A stretch of 11,452 bases of DNA from Candidatus Methylomirabilota bacterium (GCA_046726415.1 JBKPAK010000072.1:1-11452), one strand, 5' to 3'. Shown: positions 1 through 7,000, counted from the first letter of the stretch. Program-made: numbers and translations. The notes: a model not told the origin generated them from the sequence alone.

Positions 1-357
1 GATGCCGACCAACTGGAGATCGTCGGTCACGGGCAGGGCGCCGATCTTCCTGTCGAGCATCGCACGGGCGGCTTCGGTCAGCGGCGTCTCCGCCGAAACG
101 GTGACAGGAGACTCGGTCATGACCCGTGCGACCGGCGACCGCGCGATGTCGCCCGAAGGGTCGAGCACGTGCACCCCGAGATCGCGAGTCGAAGCGATCC
201 CGATGAGGGCGTCGTCATCGACCACGAGCACATGGCGGATGTTTTGCGTCCGCATGAGGCGCGCCACCTCGCCCACTGGCGCCTCGGGCGACACAACTGT
301 CGGATTCGGCGTCATCCAATCACCGACGGTGCCGATGCGCTCGTTCCATCCGCTCAT
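1..357 (-). CDS. CBS domain-containing protein (CBS pair), 3' end runs off the window
   Basis: Manual translation from ATG at 357 gives MSGWNERIGTVGDWMTPNPTVVSPEAPVGEVARLMRTQNIRHVLVVDDDALIGIASTRDL...VARVMTESPVTVSAETPLTEAARAMLDRKIGALPVTDDLQLVGI. This shows two CBS motifs (IRHVLVVD..LIGI and KIGALPV..LVGI). GAGGGA lies just upstream (361-366). It is absent from the ORF track because no stop falls inside the window. Confidence 0.93.
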   Translation of the reverse strand, partial: MSGWNERIGTVGDWMTPNPTVVSPEAPVGEVARLMRTQNIRHVLVVDDDALIGIASTRDLGVHVLDPSGDIARSPVARVMTESPVTVSAETPLTEAARAMLDRKIGALPVTDDLQLVGI

Positions 358-416
358 GGTTCCCTCACATCCCTGCGTCGACGATCCAGAGAGCCAATCG
401 GTCGGCGATGGTTCGG

Positions 417-445
417 ATCATACTCGCGCTGAAAGCCGAAAGCAC
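417..445 (-). promoter_or_regulatory. Possible sigma70 promoter for the CBS gene
   Basis: Minus strand TATGAT (422-417) is a 5/6 match to the -10 box. The hexamer 17 nt upstream, GTGCTT (445-440), is a weak -35. Confidence 0.3.
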
Positions 446-555
446 CGCGAGGAGGGCGATCGGACGATGCTGGCCGCCGCATCCGTGGCATGCTCGAGAC
501 GAGGTGTGCTAGCTCGTGCCTGGCCCGGATACGACAGCGCCGGCAGGAGGCGACG

Positions 556-1077
556 ATGAAGAAACGCGCAGCGAAGTCCGAGAGGCGCCCGGCAAAATCG
601 CGGAAGCGCTCGGCGCGGCCGAACAAGGGGACGGCGAAATCGCAAACGCGCCCGGCGAAGGCGCGCGCGCGTCCAGAGTTGGCGAAGAAGCGCTCGCCCG
701 CGGCGACCAAGCGTTCGACCAACTCCCGGCCCCGCCCGGCCTCACGGCGGAAGTCGGCAACGGGGATCGGTGAGGCTGGTCAGGTCACCCAGCTCCCCGA
801 GGCACTGGTGCGTCATCACGAGACCAGTCCGGCCCTCAGCGGTGGCGACCTCGACGCCGACTGGATGGGTGCCGAAACGTCTGGTGAGGAAGCGGTCGGC
901 GGCAGTGTGGCCACTCCCGACCAGGACACCGTCGACGAGATCGGTCGGGCCCTGGGCATCGAGCAGCGGCCAGACGAACAAGTCAGGACCTCGGACGAGA
1001 TCCTTCGCGAGCGCGCGCGGCACCGCTGGGACATCGAAGGCGACGCCGCCGATGAGGCGGAGCGAAAGGAGCGTTAG
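556..1077 (+). CDS. DUF6335-like protein with a K/R-rich N-terminal tail (173 aa)
   Basis: AGGAGG at 545-550 precedes ATG 556, a better start than 490. The C-terminal core HHETSPALSGGDLDADW...GEEAVGGSVATPDQDTVDEIGRALG matches my recollection of the DUF6335 family. Confidence 0.8.
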   Translation: MKKRAAKSERRPAKSRKRSARPNKGTAKSQTRPAKARARPELAKKRSPAATKRSTNSRPRPASRRKSATGIGEAGQVTQLPEALVRHHETSPALSGGDLDADWMGAETSGEEAVGGSVATPDQDTVDEIGRALGIEQRPDEQVRTSDEILRERARHRWDIEGDAADEAERKER

Positions 1078-1081
1078 GAGC

Positions 1082-1282
1082 ATGGCCGAGTATGGAGGAA
1101 CGCCGCGGGTGCCCCGGACCCCGACGAGCGCCGGGGGCTTCACGGGTTGGCGGGGGCAGCCCGAGCGGTTGGGAGGCTTGGGGGGAACGAGGGGGGCCAC
1201 GGCTTGGCCGGGGTCCCCCGAGCGTGCGGGGGGCTTGGGGGGCCATTTCGGGGCCCCCCATCTCAATAGGCCCGCGGAGTGA
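1082..1282 (+). CDS. Possible 66-aa repeat-encoded peptide (hypothetical)
   Basis: ATG 1082 has AAAGGAG 10 nt upstream. The frame stays open through the repeat, and its TGA overlaps the GTG of the next gene (GTGA 1279-1282). The sequence is low complexity and may be non-coding. Confidence 0.25.
   Translation: MAEYGGTPRVPRTPTSAGGFTGWRGQPERLGGLGGTRGATAWPGSPERAGGLGGHFGAPHLNRPAE
1141..1261. repeat. G-rich palindromic REP/MITE-like element with a degenerate tandem copy
   Basis: 1141-1185 and 1198-1242 are 36/45 identical without gaps (57-nt period). There is a perfect hairpin TGGGGGGCC-ATTTCGG-GGCCCCCCA (1236-1260) and an imperfect hairpin GGGGGGCCACGGC-TTG-GCCGGGGTCCCCC (1191-1219). Confidence 0.8.
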
Positions 1283-2853
1283 CCACACACCGTCGCAGGA
1301 CTCGTTGGCGCCGCGGAACCCTGCAACTGCTCACCCTGCTCTGTGCGGTGGCGGCGAGCGCACCGGAGGTGAGGGCGGCGCCACGCATCGTTCTCCAATC
1401 CGTGCTCGCGAACCTCGAAGACCCCCTGTACATCACGCATGCGCGCGACGGCACCGAGCGCCTCTTCGTCGTCGAGCGGGGAGGGCGCATCAAGGTTCTG
1501 TCCCCCGGAGCGCCCGCGTCGAGGGTGTTCCTCGATATCTCTTCACGAGTGCTGGCCGGCGGCGAGCGCGGTCTGCTGGGGCTGGCCTTTCATCCTCAGT
1601 ACGCGGCGAACGGCCGATTCTTCGTGAACTACACGCGCCGGCCAGACGGTGCCACTGTCATCGCGGAATACCGCGTGTCCTCGACCGACCCCAGCGCCGC
1701 CGCGACAGATGAGCTGACGCTCCTGGTGATCCCGCAGCCGTTCGCCAATCACAACGGCGGGATGGTGGAGTTCGGCCCCGACGGCTTCCTCTACATCGGA
1801 ATGGGCGACGGCGGAGCGTCCTTCGACCCCGACCGCCGAGCCCAAGATCTACAGGACCTTCTGGGCAAAATCCTCAGGATTGACGTGAACACACCCGTGG
1901 GACCGGCAGCCGCCTACTCGTCGCCCTCGGACAATCCGTTCACCGGCCCCCATCCCGGCCGGGACGAGATCTTTGCCCTCGGCTTCCGGAACCCGTGGCG
2001 GTTCTCGTTCGACCGCGCGACGGGCGAGCTGTACGTCGGCGACGTGGGACAGCAAGCACGCGAGGAGATCGATCTGGTGACGATCGGTGGCAACTACGGC
2101 TGGCGAATCCTCGAGGGCCACGAGTGTACGGACACCGAGCCAGATCGATGCGGCGAGCCGACGTTCATCGCGCCGGTCACCGAGTATGCCCATGCCGGCG
2201 CCCGCTGCTCGGTGACCGGAGGATACGCGTACCGGGGGAACGCGGGGACGCTCCCAGCCGGCGCCTATGTCTTCGGTGATTTCTGCAGCGGAGAGATCTT
2301 CCTGCTCGAGGGTGACACCCACCGCGTGTTGGTGACCACGGATCTCTCGATTGCGTCGTTCGGGGAAGACGAGGCCGGTGAAATCTACGTCGCGAGCCTC
2401 AGCGGAACGGTACATCGCCTCGTGAATCCCGACGCCCCGACAATGACCCTGGGACTGAACCAGCGGACTCTGCGGCGGGGCGACATCATCCGCGTCGGCG
2501 TGGGGGCGCGCGCCGGGGAGATCCCTGTGGCGGCCGACGGGTATTTCGGAATCATTCATCCCGATGGGCAGACCACAACCTTCGTGACAAGCCTGGTGCC
2601 CCTGGCCGGGTCGGTGACGAGCCTGGCCGGCGACGCACGGAGGTTTCCCGCGCTGATGCCGGGCCTGGTGATCACGGCCGGGACGAACGCGACCCTCGAC
2701 GACTTCTTCGCGTATACCCTCACCGGGGCCGAGCAAGCGGGCACGTACGTCATCTTTGCCGCCCTTGTGCGCCCCGGATTTCTCGAGGACGGCACGGTCG
2801 ATCCAGGGGACCTCCTCGCGCTCGCGCTGGAGACCGTCGTCGTCAGCCCTTGA
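1279..2853 (+). CDS. Secreted glucose/sorbosone dehydrogenase family (PQQ-dependent sugar dehydrogenase-like beta-propeller) protein with C-terminal extension
   Basis: Family motifs GERGLLGLAFHP, NHNGG, FGPDGFLYIGMGDGG, LLGKILRIDV, GFRNPWRFSFD, GDVG and GGNYGW are present. The N-terminus has a basic stretch, a hydrophobic stretch and a VRA-A cleavage-like site. The GTG start is not certain. Confidence 0.92.
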   Translation: MTTHRRRTRWRRGTLQLLTLLCAVAASAPEVRAAPRIVLQSVLANLEDPLYITHARDGTERLFVVERGGRIKVLSPGAPASRVFLDISSRVLAGGERGLLGLAFHPQYAANGRFFVNYTRRPDGATVIAEYRVSSTDPSAAATDELTLLVIPQPFANHNGGMVEFGPDGFLYIGMGDGGASFDPDRRAQDLQDLLGKILRIDVNTPVGPAAAYSSPSDNPFTGPHPGRDEIFALGFRNPWRFSFDRATGELYVGDVGQQAREEIDLVTIGGNYGWRILEGHECTDTEPDRCGEPTFIAPVTEYAHAGARCSVTGGYAYRGNAGTLPAGAYVFGDFCSGEIFLLEGDTHRVLVTTDLSIASFGEDEAGEIYVASLSGTVHRLVNPDAPTMTLGLNQRTLRRGDIIRVGVGARAGEIPVAADGYFGIIHPDGQTTTFVTSLVPLAGSVTSLAGDARRFPALMPGLVITAGTNATLDDFFAYTLTGAEQAGTYVIFAALVRPGFLEDGTVDPGDLLALALETVVVSP

Positions 2854-2859
2854 GCGGTC

Positions 2860-2889
2860 TTGAGAGGGCGCAGAACCCTGCGCTAAGCT
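2860..2889 (+). promoter_or_regulatory. Sigma70-like promoter for the esterase with a dyad in the spacer
   Basis: TTGAGA (2860-2865), 18 nt, TAAGCT (2884-2889). GCGCAG-AACC-CTGCGC at 2868-2883 fills the spacer. Confidence 0.5.
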
Positions 2890-2947
2890 CTTGTCTCATC
2901 GACGAGGTCTAGCGGTCGAGGGTCACGCATTCGGAAGGAGATGATCC

Positions 2948-4123
2948 ATGGCAAATCTCAAGGGCATCGATGCGATGTTTGGCCACGCCGTTGAATCAAA
3001 AGCCATGCCGGGCATCGTGGCCGTGGCGGCGACGGACCGGGGGATCGTCTACGAGGGCGCGTTCGGCAAGCGGGAGCTCGGCAAGGACGCGCCGATGACC
3101 CTCGACACAATCGTTTGGATCGCGTCAATGACCAAGGCGATCACCGCGACCGCCGCCATGCAGCTGATCGAGCGCAGCAAGCTCAGTCTTGAGCGTCCCG
3201 CCAGCGAGGTGGTCCCGGACCTGGCCGCGGCAAAGGTGCTGGACGGTTTCGACTCCGCCGGCAAGCCGCGTCTTCGGGGTCCCAAGCGGCCGATTACCCT
3301 CCGCCATCTCTTGACCCACACCGCGGGATTCGGCTACGAGATCTGGAGCCCGGCGGTAGTCCAGTACCAAACGGCCACCGGCACGCCGGGAATCACCACC
3401 TGCACCAATGCCGCGCTCACCACTCCGTTGCTCTTCGATCCCGGCGATCGGTGGGAATACGGGATCAGCATCGACTGGGCCGGGAAGATGGTGGAGGCCG
3501 TGAGCGGCCAAAGGCTCGACCGTTACTTCCAGGAGAATATCTTCGGCCCGCTCGGGATGAAGGACACGTCGTTCAAGATCTCGCCGTCACAGCGAGCCCG
3601 GCTGGCCAGCGTGCATCAGCGGGGTGCCGATGGTGCGCTCACTCCGATCGAATTCGAGATCCCGCAGGAGCCCGAATTTCTGATGGGGGGCGGGGGGCTG
3701 TACGGCACCGCCCACGACTACCTGGCCTTCGCGCGGATGATCATGCAGGACGGCCGCGCCAACGGTGCTCACGTCCTGCGCCCCGAAACCGTCGCGCTCA
3801 TGGCGCAGAATCACATCGGGCCGATCGAGATCGGCGCAATGAAGAGCGCGATTCCGGGCTTGTCCAACGACGTCGAGCTCTTCCCGGGAATGTCCAAGAA
3901 GTGGGGCCTGAGCTTCCTGATCAATACTCAGCAAGCGTCCACCGGTCGGTCCGCCGGGAGCCTGGCCTGGGCAGGACTCGCGAACACCTACTTCTGGATC
4001 GACCGCGCCAAGCGCGTCGCGGGCGTGTTCGCCTCGCAGGTGCTTCCCTTCTACGATCACACCGCGATCGATCTGCTCGGCACATTCGAGGCCGAAGTGT
4101 ACCGAGAGGCGGGGCGCGCCTGA
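2948..4123 (+). CDS. Serine hydrolase, beta-lactamase fold, family VIII esterase-like
   Basis: SxxK motif (IASMTKAIT), LLTHTAG, PGDRWEYG (catalytic Tyr), MGGGGLY and a WAGLANT box. GAAGGAG RBS at 2934-2940. No signal peptide. Confidence 0.94.
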   Translation: MANLKGIDAMFGHAVESKAMPGIVAVAATDRGIVYEGAFGKRELGKDAPMTLDTIVWIASMTKAITATAAMQLIERSKLSLERPASEVVPDLAAAKVLDGFDSAGKPRLRGPKRPITLRHLLTHTAGFGYEIWSPAVVQYQTATGTPGITTCTNAALTTPLLFDPGDRWEYGISIDWAGKMVEAVSGQRLDRYFQENIFGPLGMKDTSFKISPSQRARLASVHQRGADGALTPIEFEIPQEPEFLMGGGGLYGTAHDYLAFARMIMQDGRANGAHVLRPETVALMAQNHIGPIEIGAMKSAIPGLSNDVELFPGMSKKWGLSFLINTQQASTGRSAGSLAWAGLANTYFWIDRAKRVAGVFASQVLPFYDHTAIDLLGTFEAEVYREAGRA

Positions 4124-4148
4124 GTTGGCCGCGGCTCCCGGAGCAAGG

Positions 4149-4766
4149 TCAATTGCGCCAGCTGAATGGCGCGTAGTGCCCGTTGTTGCGGCCGCTCGTA
4201 TCCTCCCAACGAAGATCGAAGGCCGAGAGGTGGCTCCGGCTGGCCCGGGCGAGGGCCAGGCGCGAATTGGCCGGGTGCAAGGTGTTGTCGACGTAGATCG
4301 GCTCGCCCGGCTTGACCCCGCTCTCGACCCCGGTCAGCTCCTGCTCGAGAAGACCGGGGATCACAACCGAGCGCTGTAGCCCCGTCTTCGTGAAGCGAAT
4401 CGGCGCGCGTTGGACCCCGAGGAATGTCCCGACGAGCGGCCCCAGCGCAGCCATGGGGCCGCCGACCTGACCACTCGCGATGGCGGTCAGCGCCTGCGAT
4501 TGCTCGACGGTGGCTCGCTCGTCGACGATGACGCCGACGGACCAGTCGCCGTTCAGCATGATCCCGGGGGTGCGACCCACGACGGCGAACTTCAGCCCAT
4601 CCAACCCTACGCCGCCGTAGCGCCCCTGGGAGATGTCGAACCCGAACAGGAAAAAGCACTCGCCCCGCGTCGGCGTGGCCGCGAGGTTGCTCGGCAGGCA
4701 GGGACACAGGAAGTCGCAGCTGCAGGTCTCGCAATACTCGCCGCTGAGCTGCCAGGCGATGGCCAT
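4149..4766 (-). CDS. DUF1326 family protein
   Basis: W-x-L-x-G-E-Y-x-E-x-CSCDFLCPC...PTRGEC N-terminus, G.YG.V.LDGL, VDERA...Q..AL..I.SG..GGP and C-terminal SGRNNGHYAPFSW. AGGAG RBS upstream. Confidence 0.9.
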   Translation of the reverse strand: MAIAWQLSGEYCETCSCDFLCPCLPSNLAATPTRGECFFLFGFDISQGRYGGVGLDGLKFAVVGRTPGIMLNGDWSVGVIVDERATVEQSQALTAIASGQVGGPMAALGPLVGTFLGVQRAPIRFTKTGLQRSVVIPGLLEQELTGVESGVKPGEPIYVDNTLHPANSRLALARASRSHLSAFDLRWEDTSGRNNGHYAPFSWRN

Positions 4767-4778
4767 CCTCGTCTCCTT

Positions 4779-5564
4779 TCAGCCTCGTGGTGCGTAGGTC
4801 ATCACGAGGGCGCCCGCCACGATGAGCGCCGCGCCCGCCACCGGGCTCAGGCGTTCTGCACCGGGGAGGGCTTTCTCCACCAGGACGAAGATCGCGATGG
4901 CAGCGACCCAGATGAGATTCATCACGCCGGCCACGAACAGAAGCGCCATCAGGACCCAGCAGCAGCCGACGCAGTAGACCCCGTGGCGAATCCCCATGAC
5001 GAGCGCGCCCCGCGCGCCGGCACGCCATTCGCTCATGATGAATCCGAGCGGCGAGCGGCAGGCGGTGAGGCAGGTCCGCTTGAGGGGCGTCCACTGGAAG
5101 ATGCCGGCCGCGATCAGCAGGCCGCCGCCGAGATACGGGCTCGTGCTGACCATCATCGGCGAGAGCAACGCCACGCCGTGGAGGATCCACTGGGCCAGGG
5201 CGGCCAGGGCGCTGTACGTCGCCCACACCATCAGGTAGCCCAGCAGGAAGATACCGGTCCGCACCACGGGACCGTGCTCCGCGCGACGGCGGTTCATGGC
5301 GGTGAACATGAGGAGCATCGGAGTGGCGGACGGCGTCATCATGGCGATCATCATCACAACCCACATGACGAACAGCAGGAGCAGTTCCACACCGCTCCAC
5401 GGCCGCGTTTGGGGCATCATGCCCATGGCGGCGTGCATCGCCATCTCCGACATGGCGCGCGCGGCGTGGACGAGGTACAGCCACGCGACCACGACGAGGG
5501 CGAACAACCCGGCGAGCACGATCGCGCGGTCGCGCTTGAGGATGGATTCGAGCGCCAGAGTCAC
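4779..5564 (-). CDS. DUF2182 family predicted metal-binding integral membrane protein
   Basis: MWVVMMIAMMTPSA.P, F..GYL.VW, AGIFQWTPLK..CL..CRSP and G..HG.YCVGCCW.LM.LLF..GVMN motifs, with multiple TM helices. GTG start has GAGG upstream. It ends 12 nt before DUF1326. Confidence 0.92.
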   Translation of the reverse strand: MTLALESILKRDRAIVLAGLFALVVVAWLYLVHAARAMSEMAMHAAMGMMPQTRPWSGVELLLLFVMWVVMMIAMMTPSATPMLLMFTAMNRRRAEHGPVVRTGIFLLGYLMVWATYSALAALAQWILHGVALLSPMMVSTSPYLGGGLLIAAGIFQWTPLKRTCLTACRSPLGFIMSEWRAGARGALVMGIRHGVYCVGCCWVLMALLFVAGVMNLIWVAAIAIFVLVEKALPGAERLSPVAGAALIVAGALVMTYAPRG

Positions 5565-5634
5565 CGCGTCCTCGCGGCGGCCTCGGGGGTTGCCCGGCCG
5601 CAGTGTAGCCGGTGTCCATTCCCGTCGACGGTGG

Positions 5635-5730
5635 GGTGACTCAAGCCATCGCTCGCATCTTGGCGGTGGTGAGGTGGCCGTTACTTTTCACCGGACATCC
5701 CCTGAAAGCGAGAGCCACGACCTTATCGCC
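5635..5730 (-). ncRNA. Candidate structured RNA or leader of unknown family
   Basis: Begins directly after a sigma70-like promoter and folds by eye into an imperfect rod (AAG.TCGT.GCTC..GC with GCGAGC.ATGGCTT; GGGG.TG.CCG with CGG.CACCTC). I recognise no Rfam motif. Confidence 0.25.
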
Positions 5731-5733
5731 TGA

Positions 5734-5762
5734 ACGCTAGTCCCCGCCGGCCGAGGAGTCAA
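5734..5762 (-). promoter_or_regulatory. Sigma70-like promoter facing DUF2182-DUF1326
   Basis: Minus strand TTGACT (5762-5757), 17 nt, TAGCGT (5739-5734). Confidence 0.6.
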
Positions 5763-5792
5763 GGTCGGCCCCGCGTCGCGTAGGCGACCGGC

Positions 5793-5822
5793 ATGACGCC
5801 GCCACGGCGACTGACGTATGCT
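5793..5822 (+). promoter_or_regulatory. Possible sigma70 promoter for the F420-type LLM gene
   Basis: ATGACG (5793-5798), 18 nt, TATGCT (5817-5822), about 73 nt upstream of the ATG. Confidence 0.35.
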
Positions 5823-5895
5823 CTCCGAGACCACCAGGCATCGCCGCGATCGAGAACTGGCGTGACCGATTCCACGCCCGCACAGGGAGACTGCG

Positions 5896-6939
5896 ATGAA
5901 GCTTGGACTGAGCATCGGTTACTCCGGCGCCCAATTACACCTGCCCGTCGACCGCGTGCAACTCGCCGAGAGGCTCGGCTTCGACTCCGTGTGGACGGCG
6001 GAAGCGTACGGCTCGGATGCCATCACCCCCCTCGCCTACCTCGCCGCCGTCACCCAGCGGATCCGCCTGGGCACCGGGATCATGCAGCTTGCCGCGCGCA
6101 CCCCAGCCGCAGCCGCCATGGCCATCGGCACGCTCGACGCGCTCGCCGGCGGAGGGCGAGTGATCGCTGGCCTCGGCGTGTCGGGTCCCCAGATCGTCGA
6201 GGGGTGGTACGGCCAGCCGTGGGGCCGCCCATACTGGAGACTGCGCGACTACGTCGCCATCATGCGAAAGATCTTCGCCCGCAAGGGCCCGGTGCAGCAT
6301 GACGGGCAAGAAATCGCACTGCCGTACACCGGGCCCGGCGCGGTCGGCCTGGCCAAGCCGCTCACGTCCATCCTCCACATGAACCCGCACATCCCGATCT
6401 GGCTCGGCACCGGTGGGCAGTCCACGGTGAAGCTCACCGCTGAAGTGGCAGACGGCTGGCTCCCGCTGGGCTTTACGCCAAACCGCATGAAGCAGTTCCT
6501 GCCCTGGCTAGAGGAGGGACTGCGCCGGGCCGGCGGCGGCAAGTCTCTTCGCGATCTGGAGATCCAGCCTGCCGTCGCCGTCCTCCTGACCGACGACGTG
6601 CGCGCCGCCCTCCAGACGCTCAAGCCGCGCGTGGCGCTCTACGTCGGCGGCATGGGGCACCGATCCAAAAATTTCCACACGCAGGCGATGATCGCGCGCG
6701 GGTTCGGCGAGGCCGCGGAGCGTATCCAGGAGCTGTATCTCGCCGGGCGAAAGGACGAGGCGATGGCGGCGGTTCCGGACGACTTCATCGACGAGGGCGC
6801 ATTGGTAGGGCCGGCCAGCCGCGTGCGCGAACGCTACCGCGCCTGGGCCGACAGCGGCGTCACGGGACTCACCGTTGCCACGCAACAGGTCGAGGCGATG
6901 GAGTTGATGGCCGACCTCGCCGGGACTCGCCGGTCGTGA
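5896..6939 (+). CDS. LLM-class (luciferase-like) probable F420-dependent oxidoreductase, Rv3520c-like
   Basis: AE.LGFDSVWTAEAYGSDA, IRLGTGIMQ..ARTP, GLGVSGPQ.VEGWYG, AEVADGW.P, ALYVGGMG...KNFH and IQELYLAG.K.EA..AVPD motifs. AGGGAG RBS at 5884-5889. Confidence 0.92.
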   Translation: MKLGLSIGYSGAQLHLPVDRVQLAERLGFDSVWTAEAYGSDAITPLAYLAAVTQRIRLGTGIMQLAARTPAAAAMAIGTLDALAGGGRVIAGLGVSGPQIVEGWYGQPWGRPYWRLRDYVAIMRKIFARKGPVQHDGQEIALPYTGPGAVGLAKPLTSILHMNPHIPIWLGTGGQSTVKLTAEVADGWLPLGFTPNRMKQFLPWLEEGLRRAGGGKSLRDLEIQPAVAVLLTDDVRAALQTLKPRVALYVGGMGHRSKNFHTQAMIARGFGEAAERIQELYLAGRKDEAMAAVPDDFIDEGALVGPASRVRERYRAWADSGVTGLTVATQQVEAMELMADLAGTRRS

Positions 6940-7000
6940 GCTCTAGCAGCCCCGGGGACTCTTCGGTGCGCCGACCCGCTCCTGGCGCCGCCGCCGCTCG

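Noticed and set aside
504..521. Minus-strand sigma54-like site AGGCACGAGCTAGC, and a similar one at 9048-9063
   Set aside because: GG-to-GC spacing is one base short of the strict -24/-12 requirement.
2..559. 185-aa plus-strand ORF
   Set aside because: Antisense shadow of the clearly recognisable CBS-domain gene on the minus strand. It is S/R/T-rich with no motifs.
1125..1261. CRISPR array or intrinsic terminator
   Set aside because: Only 2-3 degenerate units with no unique spacers of regular length and no cas genes. The hairpin lacks a U-tract.
2948..4123. Class C beta-lactamase or resistance gene
   Set aside because: No signal peptide, and it has a WAG box and LLTHTAG typical of family VIII esterases rather than the KTG triad of AmpC.
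4057..5639. Long ORFs 4057..5619 (-) and 4410..5639 (+)
   Set aside because: Alternative-frame and antisense shadows of DUF2182 and DUF1326, expected at high GC. Composition is R/G/P-rich with no domains.
5635..5730. SRP RNA, tRNA-Sec, fluoride or ZTP riboswitch
   Set aside because: Lacks the SRP CAGG-CCGGAAGG-AGCAG motif, the tRNA T-loop and the conserved riboswitch cores. Kept only as an unknown candidate.
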